Shown one piece after another: positions 30,076 to 41,995 of a stretch of DNA of 64,000 bases. The stretch is taken from assembly GCA_963733375.1 (NCBI GenBank), contig CAVTDB010000026.1:320001-384000 (forward strand). Reading direction: 5' to 3'. The stretch's first letter is position 1; each line of letters begins with the position of its first letter. Below the pieces are notes generated by a model that saw only the letters and a list, made by a program, of their open reading frames with translations, had not been told where the DNA came from and did no database searches. Source of the stretch: Nitrospirota bacterium. Its GTDB lineage: Bacteria > Nitrospirota > JACRHJ01. The translations under genes and the position numbers were made by a program.

Positions 30076-31103
30076 TGGACAGGACACTTCAAGAACTAGC
30101 CGGCCTCGCGGGGGCCGATCTCGAAGGTGACGGCCAGGTCCGGATAAAGGGCGTTGCCAGCTTAAAAGGGGCGGGACCCGGCGAGATTACCTTCATTGCC
30201 AGCATGAAGCATGCGAAGGAATTGACCGACACCCGCGCCTCCGCGGTCATAGCCGCGCCGGGAGTGGACGTCGGCGGCAGGCCCTGCCTCCGCACGAAGA
30301 ACCCATATCTGGCCTTCGCTAAACTGCTGACTTTCTTCGCCCCGAAGACTGAAGTTCCAAAGGGCGTCATGGACGGCGCACACGTCAGCCGGGAAGCGTC
30401 GATCGGACTGGACGCGGCCATTTACTCCAACGTGTTCGTAGAGGCGGGCGCGAAAATCGGCGACCGGACCGTCCTTTATCCGGGAGTCTATGTCGGAAAA
30501 GGCTCGTCGGTAGGCGCGGACTGCATAATCTATCCCAACGTGGTCATCCGCGAAAACGTGAGGATAGGCGACCGGGTGATACTCCACGGCGGGGTAGTCA
30601 TCGGCGCGGACGGCTTCGGCTACGCGACGGACGCCGGAAAGCGCTTCAAAATCCCGCAGATAGGCGGAGTCGTTATCGAAGACGACGTGGAGATAGGCGC
30701 GAACTCGACTGTCGACCGGGGCACGCTGGGGGATACCGTCATCGGGCGCGGGACCAAGATAGACAACCTCGTCCAGATCGGGCACAACGTCCTAGTCGGC
30801 GAGGATACGATAATGGTCGCCCAGGTCGGCGTATCCGGCAGCACGCAAGTGGGGCGCCGCGTGATAATCGGGGGCCAGACGGGCCTGGTGGGCCATATAA
30901 AGATAGGGGACGGCGCGCAGATCGGCGCGAAGTCGGGCGTGATGAACGACGTGGAGGCGGGGCAGGTCTATAGCGGCTCGCCGGCGGTGCCGCACATGGA
31001 CTGGCTCAAGATGCAGGCCGCGCTCAGGAAGCTGCCGGAGTTTCGGAAGAAGATATTGGAGCTTGAGAAGAAGCTGGAAAAAAATATGCGGACGGAGGGC
31101 TAA
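30075..31103 (+). CDS. lpxD: UDP-3-O-acylglucosamine N-acyltransferase
   Basis: Hexapeptide repeats, [24 protein letters not shown]. Confidence 0.96.
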   Translation: MDRTLQELAGLAGADLEGDGQVRIKGVASLKGAGPGEITFIASMKHAKELTDTRASAVIAAPGVDVGGRPCLRTKNPYLAFAKLLTFFAPKTEVPKGVMDGAHVSREASIGLDAAIYSNVFVEAGAKIGDRTVLYPGVYVGKGSSVGADCIIYPNVVIRENVRIGDRVILHGGVVIGADGFGYATDAGKRFKIPQIGGVVIEDDVEIGANSTVDRGTLGDTVIGRGTKIDNLVQIGHNVLVGEDTIMVAQVGVSGSTQVGRRVIIGGQTGLVGHIKIGDGAQIGAKSGVMNDVEAGQVYSGSPAVPHMDWLKMQAALRKLPEFRKKILELEKKLEKNMRTEG

Positions 31104-31531
31104 TGCTGGACATCATCGAGATTCAGAAGATACTGCCGCATCGCTACCCCTTCCTGTACGTGGACAGGGTGCTTGAGGTCGAGCCGGGCAAGAGGTTGGT
31201 CGCCATAAAAAACGTCTCCTTCGACGAGCATTTCTTCCAGGGGCATTTCCCCGGAAAGCCGATAATGCCGGGCGTGCTGATTGTCGAGGCGTTGGCGCAG
31301 GCGTCGGGGATACTGGTCCACAAGACCGTGGAGTCCGACGACAATATGGTCTACTTCATGAGCATAGACAAGGTAAAGTTCAGAAAGCCGGTCGTCCCCG
31401 GCGACCAGCTCGTGCTCGAAGTGGAACCGCTCCAGGTCAGGGGCAAGGTGTATAAGTTCAAAGGCGAGGCCAAGGTCGACGGCAAGGTCGTCTGCGAGGC
31501 CGAGTTCATGGCCATGACCGCGAAGGAATAG
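31103..31531 (+). CDS. fabZ: 3-hydroxyacyl-ACP dehydratase
   Basis: [30 protein letters not shown]. Confidence 0.97.
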   Translation: MLDIIEIQKILPHRYPFLYVDRVLEVEPGKRLVAIKNVSFDEHFFQGHFPGKPIMPGVLIVEALAQASGILVHKTVESDDNMVYFMSIDKVKFRKPVVPGDQLVLEVEPLQVRGKVYKFKGEAKVDGKVVCEAEFMAMTAKE

Positions 31532-31540
31532 GGTCTTTTC

Positions 31541-32317
31541 ATGCAAAATATACATCCGACCGCGTTAGTGCATCCCGGGGCGGTCCTGGCCCCGGACGTC
31601 GTCGTGGGGCCTTATGCCGTCATAGAAGACGACGTGACGATAGGCGCAAGGTCGAAAATCGGCGCCCATGCCGTAATAAGGCAATACGTCGAGATAGGCG
31701 AGGACAACGAGATATACCAGTCCGCCTCCATCGGCGAAATCCCGCAGGACTTGAAGTTCGGCGGCGAGAAGTCCAGGCTCATTATCGGGAACAGGAACCG
31801 GATACGCGAGTTTACCACGATTAACCGGGGCACCGAAGGCGGCGGCGGCGCGACGGTAATAGGCGACGACTGCTTTATAATGGTCTATGCCCACATCCCG
31901 CACGACTGCCATATCGGAAACCATGTCATAATCGCGAACTCCGTGCAGATAGGCGGGCATGTCCATATAGAGGAACATGCCATCATAGGCGGGCTTACCG
32001 GACTCCATCAGTTCGTGAGGATCGGCGCGCACAGCATGGTAGGCGCATGCTCCGCCGTCTCGCAGGACGTGCCGCCGTTTATGAACGCGACCGGCAACAG
32101 GGCCACGCTGCGCGGCCTGAATATCATCGGCCTTTCGCGCAGAGGCTTTTCAAAAGAGACCATATCCGCGCTGAAGAAGGCGTATCAGATACTGTTTCGG
32201 AGCGGCCTTACGGTAAAGGACGCCGTGGAGAAAGCCTCCGCCGGTTACGGTAATTTCCCGGAAGTGAAGACGCTCCTCGAATTCGTCGCCTCGTCCGAAC
32301 GGGGCGTCTGCAGGTGA
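31541..32317 (+). CDS. lpxA: acyl-ACP--UDP-GlcNAc(3N) acyltransferase
   Basis: IHPTA, PQDLK, IREFTTINRGT, HI.HDC, HQF.RIG. Confidence 0.96.
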   Translation: MQNIHPTALVHPGAVLAPDVVVGPYAVIEDDVTIGARSKIGAHAVIRQYVEIGEDNEIYQSASIGEIPQDLKFGGEKSRLIIGNRNRIREFTTINRGTEGGGGATVIGDDCFIMVYAHIPHDCHIGNHVIIANSVQIGGHVHIEEHAIIGGLTGLHQFVRIGAHSMVGACSAVSQDVPPFMNATGNRATLRGLNIIGLSRRGFSKETISALKKAYQILFRSGLTVKDAVEKASAGYGNFPEVKTLLEFVASSERGVCR

Positions 32318-33133
32318 CGGCGGAGATGGAGAAGCTGGGCATAATCGCGGGGAACGGGAAGTTCCCCTTAATTTTGGCCGGTAACGCGAAGGCTGAAGGG
32401 CTTTATGTCGTCGTCTGCGCGCTCTCGGAGGAGGCGGACACCGCTCATCGAAGAGCTGGCGGACAGCGTGCACTGGCTCTCGATAACACAGCTCGGGAAG
32501 CTGATAAAGACTTTTCAGAAAGAGGGCGTCACCAAAGCCGTCATGGCCGGACAGGTAATCAAGCGCAGGATGTACACGTCGGACCTCTTGAAGCTCGACC
32601 TGACCGCCGCAAGGCTCTGGGCGTCGCTCCCGGACAAGAAGGGTGAATCAATCCTGCGCGCCGTCGCCGACGAACTGGAAAAAAACGGCATCACGCTCCT
32701 TGATTCCACTCTCTACATGAAGCCCTTCCTGGCGGAGCCCGGGGTGATGACGAAATCCAAGCCGACGAAGCATCAGGCCGCGGACGTCGAGTTCGGTCTT
32801 CGGATGGCGAAGGTGGTCGCGGAGCACGACATCGGCCAGAGCGTCGCGGTGAAGGACTTATCCGTCGTCGCCGTCGAGGCCGTGGAAGGGACGGACAACT
32901 GCATCAGGCGCGCGGGCGAACTGGGCAAAGACGGCATAGTCATAGTGAAGGTGAGCAAGAAGGACCACGACATGCGCTTCGACGTCCCGGTAGTCGGGAT
33001 GCGGACGCTTGAGGCGATGCGGGACAGCAAGGCGAGCGTACTGGCAATCGAGGCCGGGAAGACGCTGATGCTTGAGAAGCAGGAACTATTAGCCGGCGCG
33101 GATAAATCCGGCATCTGCATAATGGGAATATAG
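32314..33133 (+). CDS. lpxI: UDP-2,3-diacylglucosamine diphosphatase (indel near 32440)
   Basis: LGIIAGNG.FP, DIGQ, AVEAVEGTD, DMRFDVP. Confidence 0.9.
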
Positions 33134-34080
33134 TGGAAAAAATAAAAGTAGGCGTAGTCGGCGTGGGATACCTTGGCAGGCACCACGCGAGGATATATTC
33201 GGAACTTCCCCAGGCCGAGCTGGTCGGGGTCTGCGACGTGAACGCGGAGCAGGCAAAAGAAATTGCTAAGTCACGCGAAGACCGTCCCGTTCGCTTCCCA
33301 TGAGGAGCTGATAGGGAAGGTGCAGGCGGTATCTATCTCCGCGCCGACCGTCCACCACTACGGATTGCGAAAGATTTTCTTTCCGCCGGGGTGGACGTGC
33401 TCCTGGAGAAGCCCATGACCGTGACGGTGGAGGAGGCGGACGAGCTGGTAAATCTGGCCAGAGAAAAGAACTGCATACTTCAGGTCGGGCATCTCGAACG
33501 TTTCAATTCAGCCGTGACCAAGATGGTGGAGCTTACCACGACGCCGAAGTTCATCGAGTGCAACAGGCTGTCCCCGTTCCCGGACAGGTCGACGGACGTG
33601 GACGTGGTGCTCGACCTCATGATACACGACATAGACATCATACTCTCGTTAGTTGGCTCGCCCGTTAAATCCATCCATGCCGTCGGCATCCCCGTCATAT
33701 CGAAGAACGTCGATATAGCGAACGCCAGGATGGAATTCGAGTCCGGCTGCGTCGCCAACGTGACCTCCAGCAGGATATCGCTGAAGAAGGAACGCAAAAT
33801 CCGGCTCTTTCAGCCGGATACTTATATATCGCTCAACTATCAGGACCAGGAGATATACGCCTATCACCGCATCCCCAACAAGAAGGACCCGGAAGGGAAG
33901 CCCGATATTGTCGGGGGTAAAGTGAAGGTAAAAAAAGAGGAGCCCCTGAAGGCGGAGCTGGAGGCATTCCTCGAATGCGTAGCCTCGCGTACAAAACCGC
34001 TGGTATCGGGAGTGGAGGGCAGGGAGGCGCTGAAAGTCGCCATGCTCGTACAGGAAGAGATAAGGAGCCATACGGTCTAA
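33133..34080 (+). CDS. gnnA: Gfo/Idh/MocA oxidoreductase, probable UDP-GlcNAc 3-dehydrogenase (indels near 33270 and 33360)
   Basis: VGVVGVGYLG..HAR, LLEKP, QVGHLERFN, LDLMIHDID. Lies between lpxA/lpxI and lpxB. Confidence 0.7.
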
Positions 34081-34084
34081 GACT

Positions 34085-35212
34085 ATGAAAATACCGATGG
34101 TCGATTTAAAGGCCCAGTATATCTCGCTTAAAGACGAACTGGACGCAAAGCTGCAGGAGGTCCTGCTTGCGACGCAGTTCATCCTGGGGCCGAACGTGCA
34201 GGCGCTTGAAAAAGAGGTCGCGGAATATATCGGGACGAAGCACGCCGTCGCCTGCGCCTCCGGCACGGACGCCCTGCACCTGGCGCTCACTCGCCTCGGG
34301 GATAAAGGCCGGGGACGAGGTAATCACGACCCCGTTCACGTTCATCGCCACGGCGGAGGCTATATCTTACATAGGGGCGAAACCGGTATTCGCGGACATC
34401 GCTCCCGATACCTGGAACATAGACCCGGAAGAGATAAAGAAAAAAATTACCTCCCGGACGAAGGCGGTCATACCCGTGCACCTGTTCGGCCACCCGGCGG
34501 AGATGGGGAGCATCCTGGAAATCGCGAACGCCCACGGGCTGAAGGTGATAGAGGACTGCGCGCAGAGCTTCGGGGCCGGATACAAGTTCGTCAGGACCGG
34601 CTCTTTCGCGGATGCGGGCTGTTTTTCGTTTTTCCCCAGCAAGAACCTCGGCTGCTACGGCGACGGCGGGATGGTCACCACGGACAGCGACAATATTGCC
34701 GGAGAGCTTCGGGCGCTGCGGAACCACGGGAGCAAGACGCGGTACTACCATGACACGGTGGGATACAACAGCCGCCTGGACGAGATACAGGCCGCGATAC
34801 TCCGGGTGAAGCTCCCGAAGATAGACAGGTACAACAGCCTGCGCCGCGAGCGGGCCGCGCAGTATAATGAATTGCTTGCGACGCAGGACGGGATTGACCT
34901 CCCGGTCGAGAAAAACGGATATTATCACGTATACCACCAGTACACGATACTCGCGGACAGAAGAGACGAGATACTACGCACGCCCTGGCGGAAAAGGATA
35001 TCGCGTCCGCTATATATTATCCCGTCCCGCTCCACCTGCAGAAATCCTACAGCGGCCTGGGATATAAAGAAGGCGACTTCCCGGTCTCGGAAAACCTCTC
35101 AAAGCGCGTTCTGTCCCTGCCGATTTACCCGGAACTTAAACCGGCGGACGTCGATTTGATCTCAGAGACTATAAGGGCTACTCTTTCGTGTCCCGCGAAA
35201 AAAAGATCCTGA
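34085..35212 (+). CDS. gnnB: DegT/DnrJ PLP aminotransferase, probable GnnB (indels near 34290 and 34980)
   Basis: IPMVDL..QY, SGTDAL, EDCAQ, SFFPSKNLG.YGDGG, NSRLDEIQAA. Confidence 0.7.
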
Positions 35213-36329
35213 TCATCGCCGGAGAGGCATCCGGCGACCTGCATGGCGGAAACCTAGCCAAGGCGCTCCTGGCCCTCAGGCCGGACCTTAGCATCTCCGG
35301 CATGGGCGGGAAGATGATGCGGGATGCGGGGGTAAATACCCTCCAGGATATATCGCGCCTTGCAGTCGTCGGGATATGGGAGGTGCTGACCCACCTCAAG
35401 GATATAAAGGCCGCGTTCAACCTCATGGAGGAGACGATAATCAGGGAGCGGCCAGACGCCCTCGTCCTGATAGACTACCCGGACTTCAACCTGCGGATGG
35501 CCAAAAAGGCCAGGGCCGCCGGGGTGAAGGTCGTTTATTATGTCAGCCCGCAGGTATGGGCGTGGCGCAAGGGGCGAGGATAAAAAACATAGCGAAAGTC
35601 GTGGATAGGATGCTCGTGGTCTTTCCTTTCGAGGAGGCGCTTTACCGGGAGGCGGGCGTGAAATGCTCTTTCGTGGGGCACCCGCTTCTGGATGAAGAGA
35701 CCGAGACCAGGCCGAAGGATGTGCTTGCACAAAAATTCGGCCTCGACCCGCAAAAGCCCATACTCGGAATCCTGCCCGGCAGCAGAAAAAAAGAGCTGCA
35801 CTTCCACCTGCCGGTGATGTTGAAGGCGTTTTCCCGGATAAAGGCTAAAATGCCGGATGTCCAGGCGGTAATACCGCTCGCGCCGACCCTTTCCCCCGAT
35901 GATTTCAGGGAGTACCTGGCAGGTTATGAAGACGTGCGGCTTATAAGCGACGACGCGCCGGGGGTGATGACGGTTATGGACGCCGCGATGGTAGCCTCCG
36001 GGACGGCGACTCTCCAGACCGCCCTCAAGGGAAAACCGATGGTGATAATCTATAAATTATCCCCGGTTACTTACTGGCTGGGGAAAATGCTTATATCGGT
36101 GCCGTTCATCGGGATGCCGAACCTTATCGCGGGACATGAGGCCGTGCCGGAGCTGATACAGGACGAGGCGAGCCCGGAGAGGATAAGTTCCTTGATTTTA
36201 AAGATGTTTTATGATAAAGCATATTACGGCGATATTGTCCGGAACCTGGCGTTAGTGAGCGAGAAGCTGGGTGGTCCGGGAGCCTCGGAAAGGGCGGCCC
36301 TGGAAGTGCTTGAAGAGGCCGGGATATAG
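35188..36329 (+). CDS. lpxB: lipid-A-disaccharide synthase (indel near 35575)
   Basis: AGEASGDLHG, IDYPDFNL, YVSPQVWAWR, FVGHPL, LPGSR, SGTATL. Confidence 0.95.
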
Positions 36330-36341
36330 ACTGGAGTATAG

Positions 36342-38097
36342 ATGAAACTGCTTGCAAGGCTTTGGCCTTATTTAAAAAAATATCTCAATGTGACAGCCCT
36401 CGCGGTTGTCTGCACGCTGATAGTATCCGGCACGAGCGGTGCGACCGCATGGCTGGTAAAGCCCGTCCTGGACGATATTTTCGTCAAGGCCGATACCACC
36501 AAACTTGCCCCGTTGTCGTTCGCGGTGTTCGGCGTATATCTGATAAAAAACGTTTTCACGTATTTCCAGTCCTACCTCACGCAGATACGCGTCATTCAAT
36601 ATAATAAGGGATATCCGTAACGACCTTTACACCCACATGGTCTATCTCCCGCTCAAGGAATATCAGGCGACCAATACCGGCAGAATGATTTCCCATGTCA
36701 TAAACGACGTGGGGGCCTTAAGCCGTCTGGCCGGAAGCCTGGTGAAGGACACGCTCCAGCAGTCGTTCACCATCGTGGGGCTGGTCGTTGTGATCTTCTG
36801 GAGGGACTGGAAGCTCGCAACTATCGCCATGATAATAATGCCGCTTATGGGATTTTTAATTTCCAAGTACGGCAAGAAGACGCGCAAGCTGAGCGGCAAG
36901 TCCCAGGAGTCCATCGCCGGAATCATGACTACCCTCCAGGAGAGCTTCACCGGCAGCAGGATTGTGAAGGCATTCACGATGGAGGACCGGGAAGACAAGA
37001 AGTTCATGGAGGAGCACGAGAGATTTACAAAACTCCAGATAAAGAACGCCAAAATAAACAGCCTGCTCTCCCCATCCCTGGATTTGCTGGGCGGGCTTAC
37101 CATGGCGATTATAATCTTTTACGGCGGCCACAAGGTAACCACTCATGCAATGACGCCCGGCGGGTTCTTTTCCTTTACGGCGGCGCTTTTTATGTTGTAC
37201 GGCCCGGTAAAAACGCTGGGCGGCCTGCATAACAACCTTCAGACGGCCGTATCCGCCACCGAGAGAATTTTCAAGGTATTCGATACCGCAAACGAGAGGG
37301 ATGCGATGTCCAGGGGCATTTCCGGCCCTGACGGGATAAAGGACAATATCCAGTACCGCGGAGTGAGCTTCAAGTACAACGAAAAAGAGGACTACGTCCT
37401 GAAGGATGTGGACCTTACCATAAAAAAGGGCGAGATAGTCGCGGTCGTAGGGGCGTCCGGCGGCGGAAAGACAACATTGGTAAACCTTCTCCCGCGCTTC
37501 TACGAGGTTCAGGAAGGCGCGATATTGATCGACGGCCAGGACACAAAGGGCTTTCAGTTAAAGACGCTCCGTCAGAACATCGCGGTAGTGACCCAGGATA
37601 CGATATTGTTCAACGACACCATCCGCAACAATATCGCCTACGGCAAGGAAGAGTTTACGCAGGAGATGGTCGCCGCTGCGGCGCGCGCCGCCCATGCGGA
37701 CATATTCATAGAAAAGTTCCCGAAAAAGTACAATACGATAATCGGCGAGAAGGGGTTCCGGCTCTCCGGCGGCGAGAAGCAGAGGATTTCGATTGCGCGC
37801 GCCATCTTGAAGAACAGCCCGATACTCATCCTGGACGAGGCCACATCGAGCCTCGATACCGAATCGGAGAGGATCGTCCAGCAGGCCCTTGAGAACCTCA
37901 TGAAGAACAGGACGACGCTTGTGATAGCCCACAGGCTCTCCACGATAATAAACGCGGACAAGATAGTCGTAATAAGCGGCGGCAGGATAACCGACATAGG
38001 AAAGCATTCCGAACTCCTGTCAACAAGCCGCATCTACAAGCGGCTGTACGATATGCAGTTCGGGAAGCTTACGGCTGAGAATGTCGAAACGCTCTGA
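36342..38097 (+). CDS. msbA: lipid A ABC flippase (indel near 36590)
   Basis: TMD plus GASGGGKT, LSGGEKQR and ILDEATS. Sits in the lipid A operon. Confidence 0.88.
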
Positions 38098-38724
38098 TAA
38101 ATTACTGATATTCGCCGGCCCGCTTCTGGGCGCGGTCTTACTGAAGCTTTTAAGGCTCACGCTGCGCCTTAAGGTGATAAACCGTCCGCCGAAAGACACG
38201 CAGCTTATATTCTCCTTCTGGCACGGCAGGATACTCCTGATGCCTTTCATGAAGCTCGCCCGCCCGTCCTCCGTGATGGTCAGCAGGCACAAGGACGGGG
38301 AGCTTATAGCCAGGCTGGTAAAATATTTCGGCATTGCCTCATCGCGCGGCTCAACCACCCGCGGCGGCATCTCGGCGCTGAAGGAGCTGATAAAACTCGC
38401 CCGCGAAGGATTCAGCATCGCGTTCACACCCGACGGCCCCAGGGGCCCCAGGTACGTCGTCCAGCCGGGAGTAATCCAGGCGGCGAAGGCGACCGGCCTC
38501 CCGATATATCCCCTTACATATTCCGCACGCAAAAAAAAACTTTAAAATCCTGGGATAGCTTCATCATCCCTTATCCGTTCACACAGGCCGTCGCGATCTG
38601 GGGAGAGCCGCTATACGTCCCGCGCGACGCCGATAAGGATACGGCGGAAGCCCTCCGGGCCGAGTTGGAGAGGCGGATGCGCGAATTGAAGGACAAGGCG
38701 GATAACTGGTGGGGGCCCAAGTGA
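38081..38724 (+). CDS. DUF374/LpxJ-like lipid A acyltransferase (indel in A-run near 38535)
   Basis: FWHGR, S.H.DGE, RGS..RGG, TPDGPRGP, SWD.F.IP.PF. Confidence 0.85.
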
Positions 38725-40056
38725 TATTTTTCCTCTACGGAATCCTGCTCTACGTCTTCGCGCTTTTTTATTTCCCCTACATGCTCATCTCGCTCATGGC
38801 GAAGGGGAAAAAGAGGGCGGGGATAGGCCAGCGGTTCGGCTTTTTCAAGACGGGTTTTTTTAACCAGAAAAAAGGAAAGCGCGTCTGGTTCCACGCGGTG
38901 TCCGTCGGCGAGACGGTTGCGGCGGCCCCGCTCGTCATCCGGCTTAAGCAAGCATACCCGGATACGGAGATTTATTTCTCCACCGTCACCGAGACCGGCA
39001 ATAATATCGCGCATGAGAAGCTTGGGGACGTCGCTAAAATTTTTTTCTTTCCCTTCGATTTCGCCAGTCGTCGTCCGGCGCGTAATCGGGCAGATGTCTC
39101 CGGACTTGTTCGTGGTGGTGGAGACGGAGATATGGCCGAACCTGCTCCATGCACTGCACGATAAAAAAATCCCGTCACTCATCGTCAACGGCCGCATCTC
39201 GCCCCGCTCGTTTAAAGGGTACAGCAGGTTCGGGTTCTTCTTCCGGCGCGTGCTCCCGCTGGTCAGCCGCTTCCTGATGCAGAGCGAGATGGACGCCGAG
39301 CGGATAATCCAGCTTGGCGCGCCGCCGGAGAGGGTATCCGTCGCTGGCAATATCAAGTTCGACCAGGCGATAGTCGCTGGCAAGCCCGCCGCGACACGGG
39401 CGGCACTTGGCATCCCCGAGGGCGCGAAGGTATTCATCGCCGGGAGCACCCACCAGGGCGAAGAGGACGAGGCGCTTAAGGCATATAAAAAACTGCTTAT
39501 GGATTTTCCGGACATGGTGATGGTTCTGGCCCCCAGGCACCCGGAGCGTTTCGCGGCGGCGGAGGAGTCGGTAAAGCGGGCGGGATTTCGTGCAGGAGGA
39601 AAGCACCCTCACCCCCGGCCCCTCTCCCAGTGGCGGGCGAGGGGAGGCAAGCTTCACACCTCTCCCCTGGTGGGAGAGGGCAGGGAGAGGGGGATAGTCC
39701 TGCTCCTCGACACTATGGGCGAACTGGCCGGGACATATGCCGTGGGCGATATAAACTTCGTCGGCGGAAGTTGGGCCGAGGTCGGCGGGCACAATATCCT
39801 GGAACCCGCCTCCTTCGGCAAGCCCGTCTTCTTCGGCCCGGTGATGCACAATTTCCGAGACATCAGCCGGATACTCAAGGACTGCGGCGCGGGCATAGAA
39901 GTCCAGGATGGCGAAGAACTCGCAACCGAGGCGGCAAAGCTCCTGCGCGACCCCGCAAGATATGCGGCCTTAGGCAAGGCCGCGCTGGAAGCTATAGAGA
40001 AAAACAAAGGCGCGCTGGCGAAGGATTTGAGGGCGGTGGAGGAGTTATTGAGTTAA
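38721..40056 (+). CDS. waaA: Kdo transferase (indel near 39062)
   Basis: WFHAVSVGE, ETEIWPN, NGRIS, GNIKFD, AGSTH.GE, APRHPER, DTMGEL, GGHNILEPA. Confidence 0.94.
39604..39693. repeat. palindromic repeat element embedded in-frame in waaA
   Basis: Hairpins cccctctccc..gggcgagggg and ctctccc-ctggt-gggagag. The second matches the intergenic element at 1783-1815. Confidence 0.7.
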
Positions 40057-40105
40057 TTAAGAAAAAAGGAGTCATTACAAATTTTATTTACACGAGGTTT
40101 TAAAA

Positions 40106-40900
40106 ATGGAAGAAAACGAGATTAAAGAATTAATCGCTAAAAAAATTACTGAGTCCAAACTTGAAGTCTCGGAAAAAAGACTTCATTTTGTAATGTGGTT
40201 AGGCGGTGCGATAATAGCCGTCTTTGGAGTTATCATTCCCCTGTGGCAGTCAAATCATGCTTCCGAAAGAGTAGATGCTGCTTTAGATAGAATGAAATTA
40301 GAGAATCGTCAAGCGTTACAGGATTTTCGTGATGATTCTCGTGCGGACAGAGAATCATTGGATAAGGCTACACTATCTATTCGGGAAGAAGTTAGTAAAC
40401 AGATGGATAGTCAAACATCTCAAATTAGTAATACTGGTGTCAGAGTTGACAATGCCATCCAAGATATGCATAAACAATTCAAAGAATTAGCTGGTGCTCA
40501 GAGCAGGAAACCAATTCTGGAATGTTTTACAAACGGAGCAAGTCTTGAAGGTGCAGTACTAAGGTGGTCATTAACCAATCAAAATAAATTTAGGATAAAT
40601 ATAAAAAATACCGGGGATGCCCCCGCAAACAATGTAATGATACGTATATATTCAAATATACCTGGTAATTATTACCTCAATGGCTGGTCCCAAATCGCTG
40701 TCCCAGACGAGCCAACGTATACTCAAGCGTTTGACAGTGATTATCGAGCATTTTCTTTAGATCCAAAAGAATCTCAGATATTAGATTTAGATATTGGGGG
40801 CGATTTAAAGAGCGGCAATTATCCTGCGCTCATAAAAATATTTTACGGGCAACCCGAACCGATGAAATATTCATTTACAATTAACATCAGCGATAAATGA
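40106..40900 (+). CDS. hypothetical AT-rich membrane protein (TM + coiled coil + beta-sandwich-like domain)
   Basis: Intact 264-aa ORF with GAGG RBS, one TM segment and INIKNTGDAPANNV motif. Confidence 0.7.
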   Translation: MEENEIKELIAKKITESKLEVSEKRLHFVMWLGGAIIAVFGVIIPLWQSNHASERVDAALDRMKLENRQALQDFRDDSRADRESLDKATLSIREEVSKQMDSQTSQISNTGVRVDNAIQDMHKQFKELAGAQSRKPILECFTNGASLEGAVLRWSLTNQNKFRINIKNTGDAPANNVMIRIYSNIPGNYYLNGWSQIAVPDEPTYTQAFDSDYRAFSLDPKESQILDLDIGGDLKSGNYPALIKIFYGQPEPMKYSFTINISDK

Positions 40901-41995
40901 ACCTCTCTCCTAACCTCCTCGCATCCCTGAAAGGCGAAGCCCCGACTGCCACCGTGGCTATACCTTCTATATCCCGCGAGCGTAATCTACGGCATGGGCG
41001 CGGGGCTGAAGGCGGGGCTGTACACAAGCGGGATAATTAAGCCGAAGCGACTGCCGTGCAAGGTCATAAGCGTCGGCAACATCACCGCCGGGGGGACGGG
41101 CAAGACGCCGATGGTCATAAACATCGTGCGGAGGCTGGAGGGAAAAGGAATCAGGACGGCGGTCCTGACGCGCGGATACAAGGGCATGTCCGAGGGCAAG
41201 GTGCGGGTGGTATCGGACGGCCTGGGGAACATCCTGCCGCCCGGTGAGGCGGGGGACGAGCCGGTGCTTATGGCCGCAGCCTGCCGGGCGTGCCGGTGGT
41301 GATGGGGAGCGACAGGTACGATGCGGGAAAGCTGGCCTGGGAGCGCTTCCACCCGCAGGCGATGGTCCTCGACGACGGCTTCCAGCACGTCCGGCTGCAC
41401 CGGGACCTCAACATACTCCTGATGGATGCGGCGCACCCGTTCGGGAACGGCCATACCATCCCGACGGGATATCTCCGCGAGCCAAAAAGCGGGGTGAAAA
41501 GGGCGGATTTCATCATTTTTACGGGGTCCGGCAACGTGCATCCGGATGCGGAAAAAGAGGTTAAATCATTCGCCATATCAGGCACTTCAATGGCTAATGC
41601 AGGATATTTCCCAGTAAGCTTTTACAATATAAAATCACGCGAGGAAATACCCGCCGAAACTCTTCGCCGCAAAGAGGATATTCGCCTTCTGCGGGATCGC
41701 CAATCCGGGGTCTTTTTCATTGATTTTACATAAACTTAATGCTAAAATCACCGGGTCGGAGGAGTTCCCGGACCACCATTCCTATTCTTTGGAAGACGTG
41801 GCTTTTCTACAGGGAAAAGCGGCCGAATCCGGCGCGGAAGTGCTTGTAACTACTGAGAAAGACGCCGTGAAGCTCGAAGGGCTCGCCCAGGCGGGGACAC
41901 AAATTTACGCATTAAAGGCCGGCCTGGAAATTTATAACGGCTCGGAATTACTGGATATTTCGTTGAACCGGGTCTTCGAAGGTCAGGATGGGTAA
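40897..41995 (+). CDS. lpxK: tetraacyldisaccharide 4'-kinase (several indels)
   Basis: [48 protein letters not shown]. Confidence 0.92.

Noticed and set aside
38531-38540. Phase variation or programmed frameshift at the A-run in the DUF374 gene (and similar sites)
   Set aside because: Indistinguishable from the background indel errors seen throughout the window.
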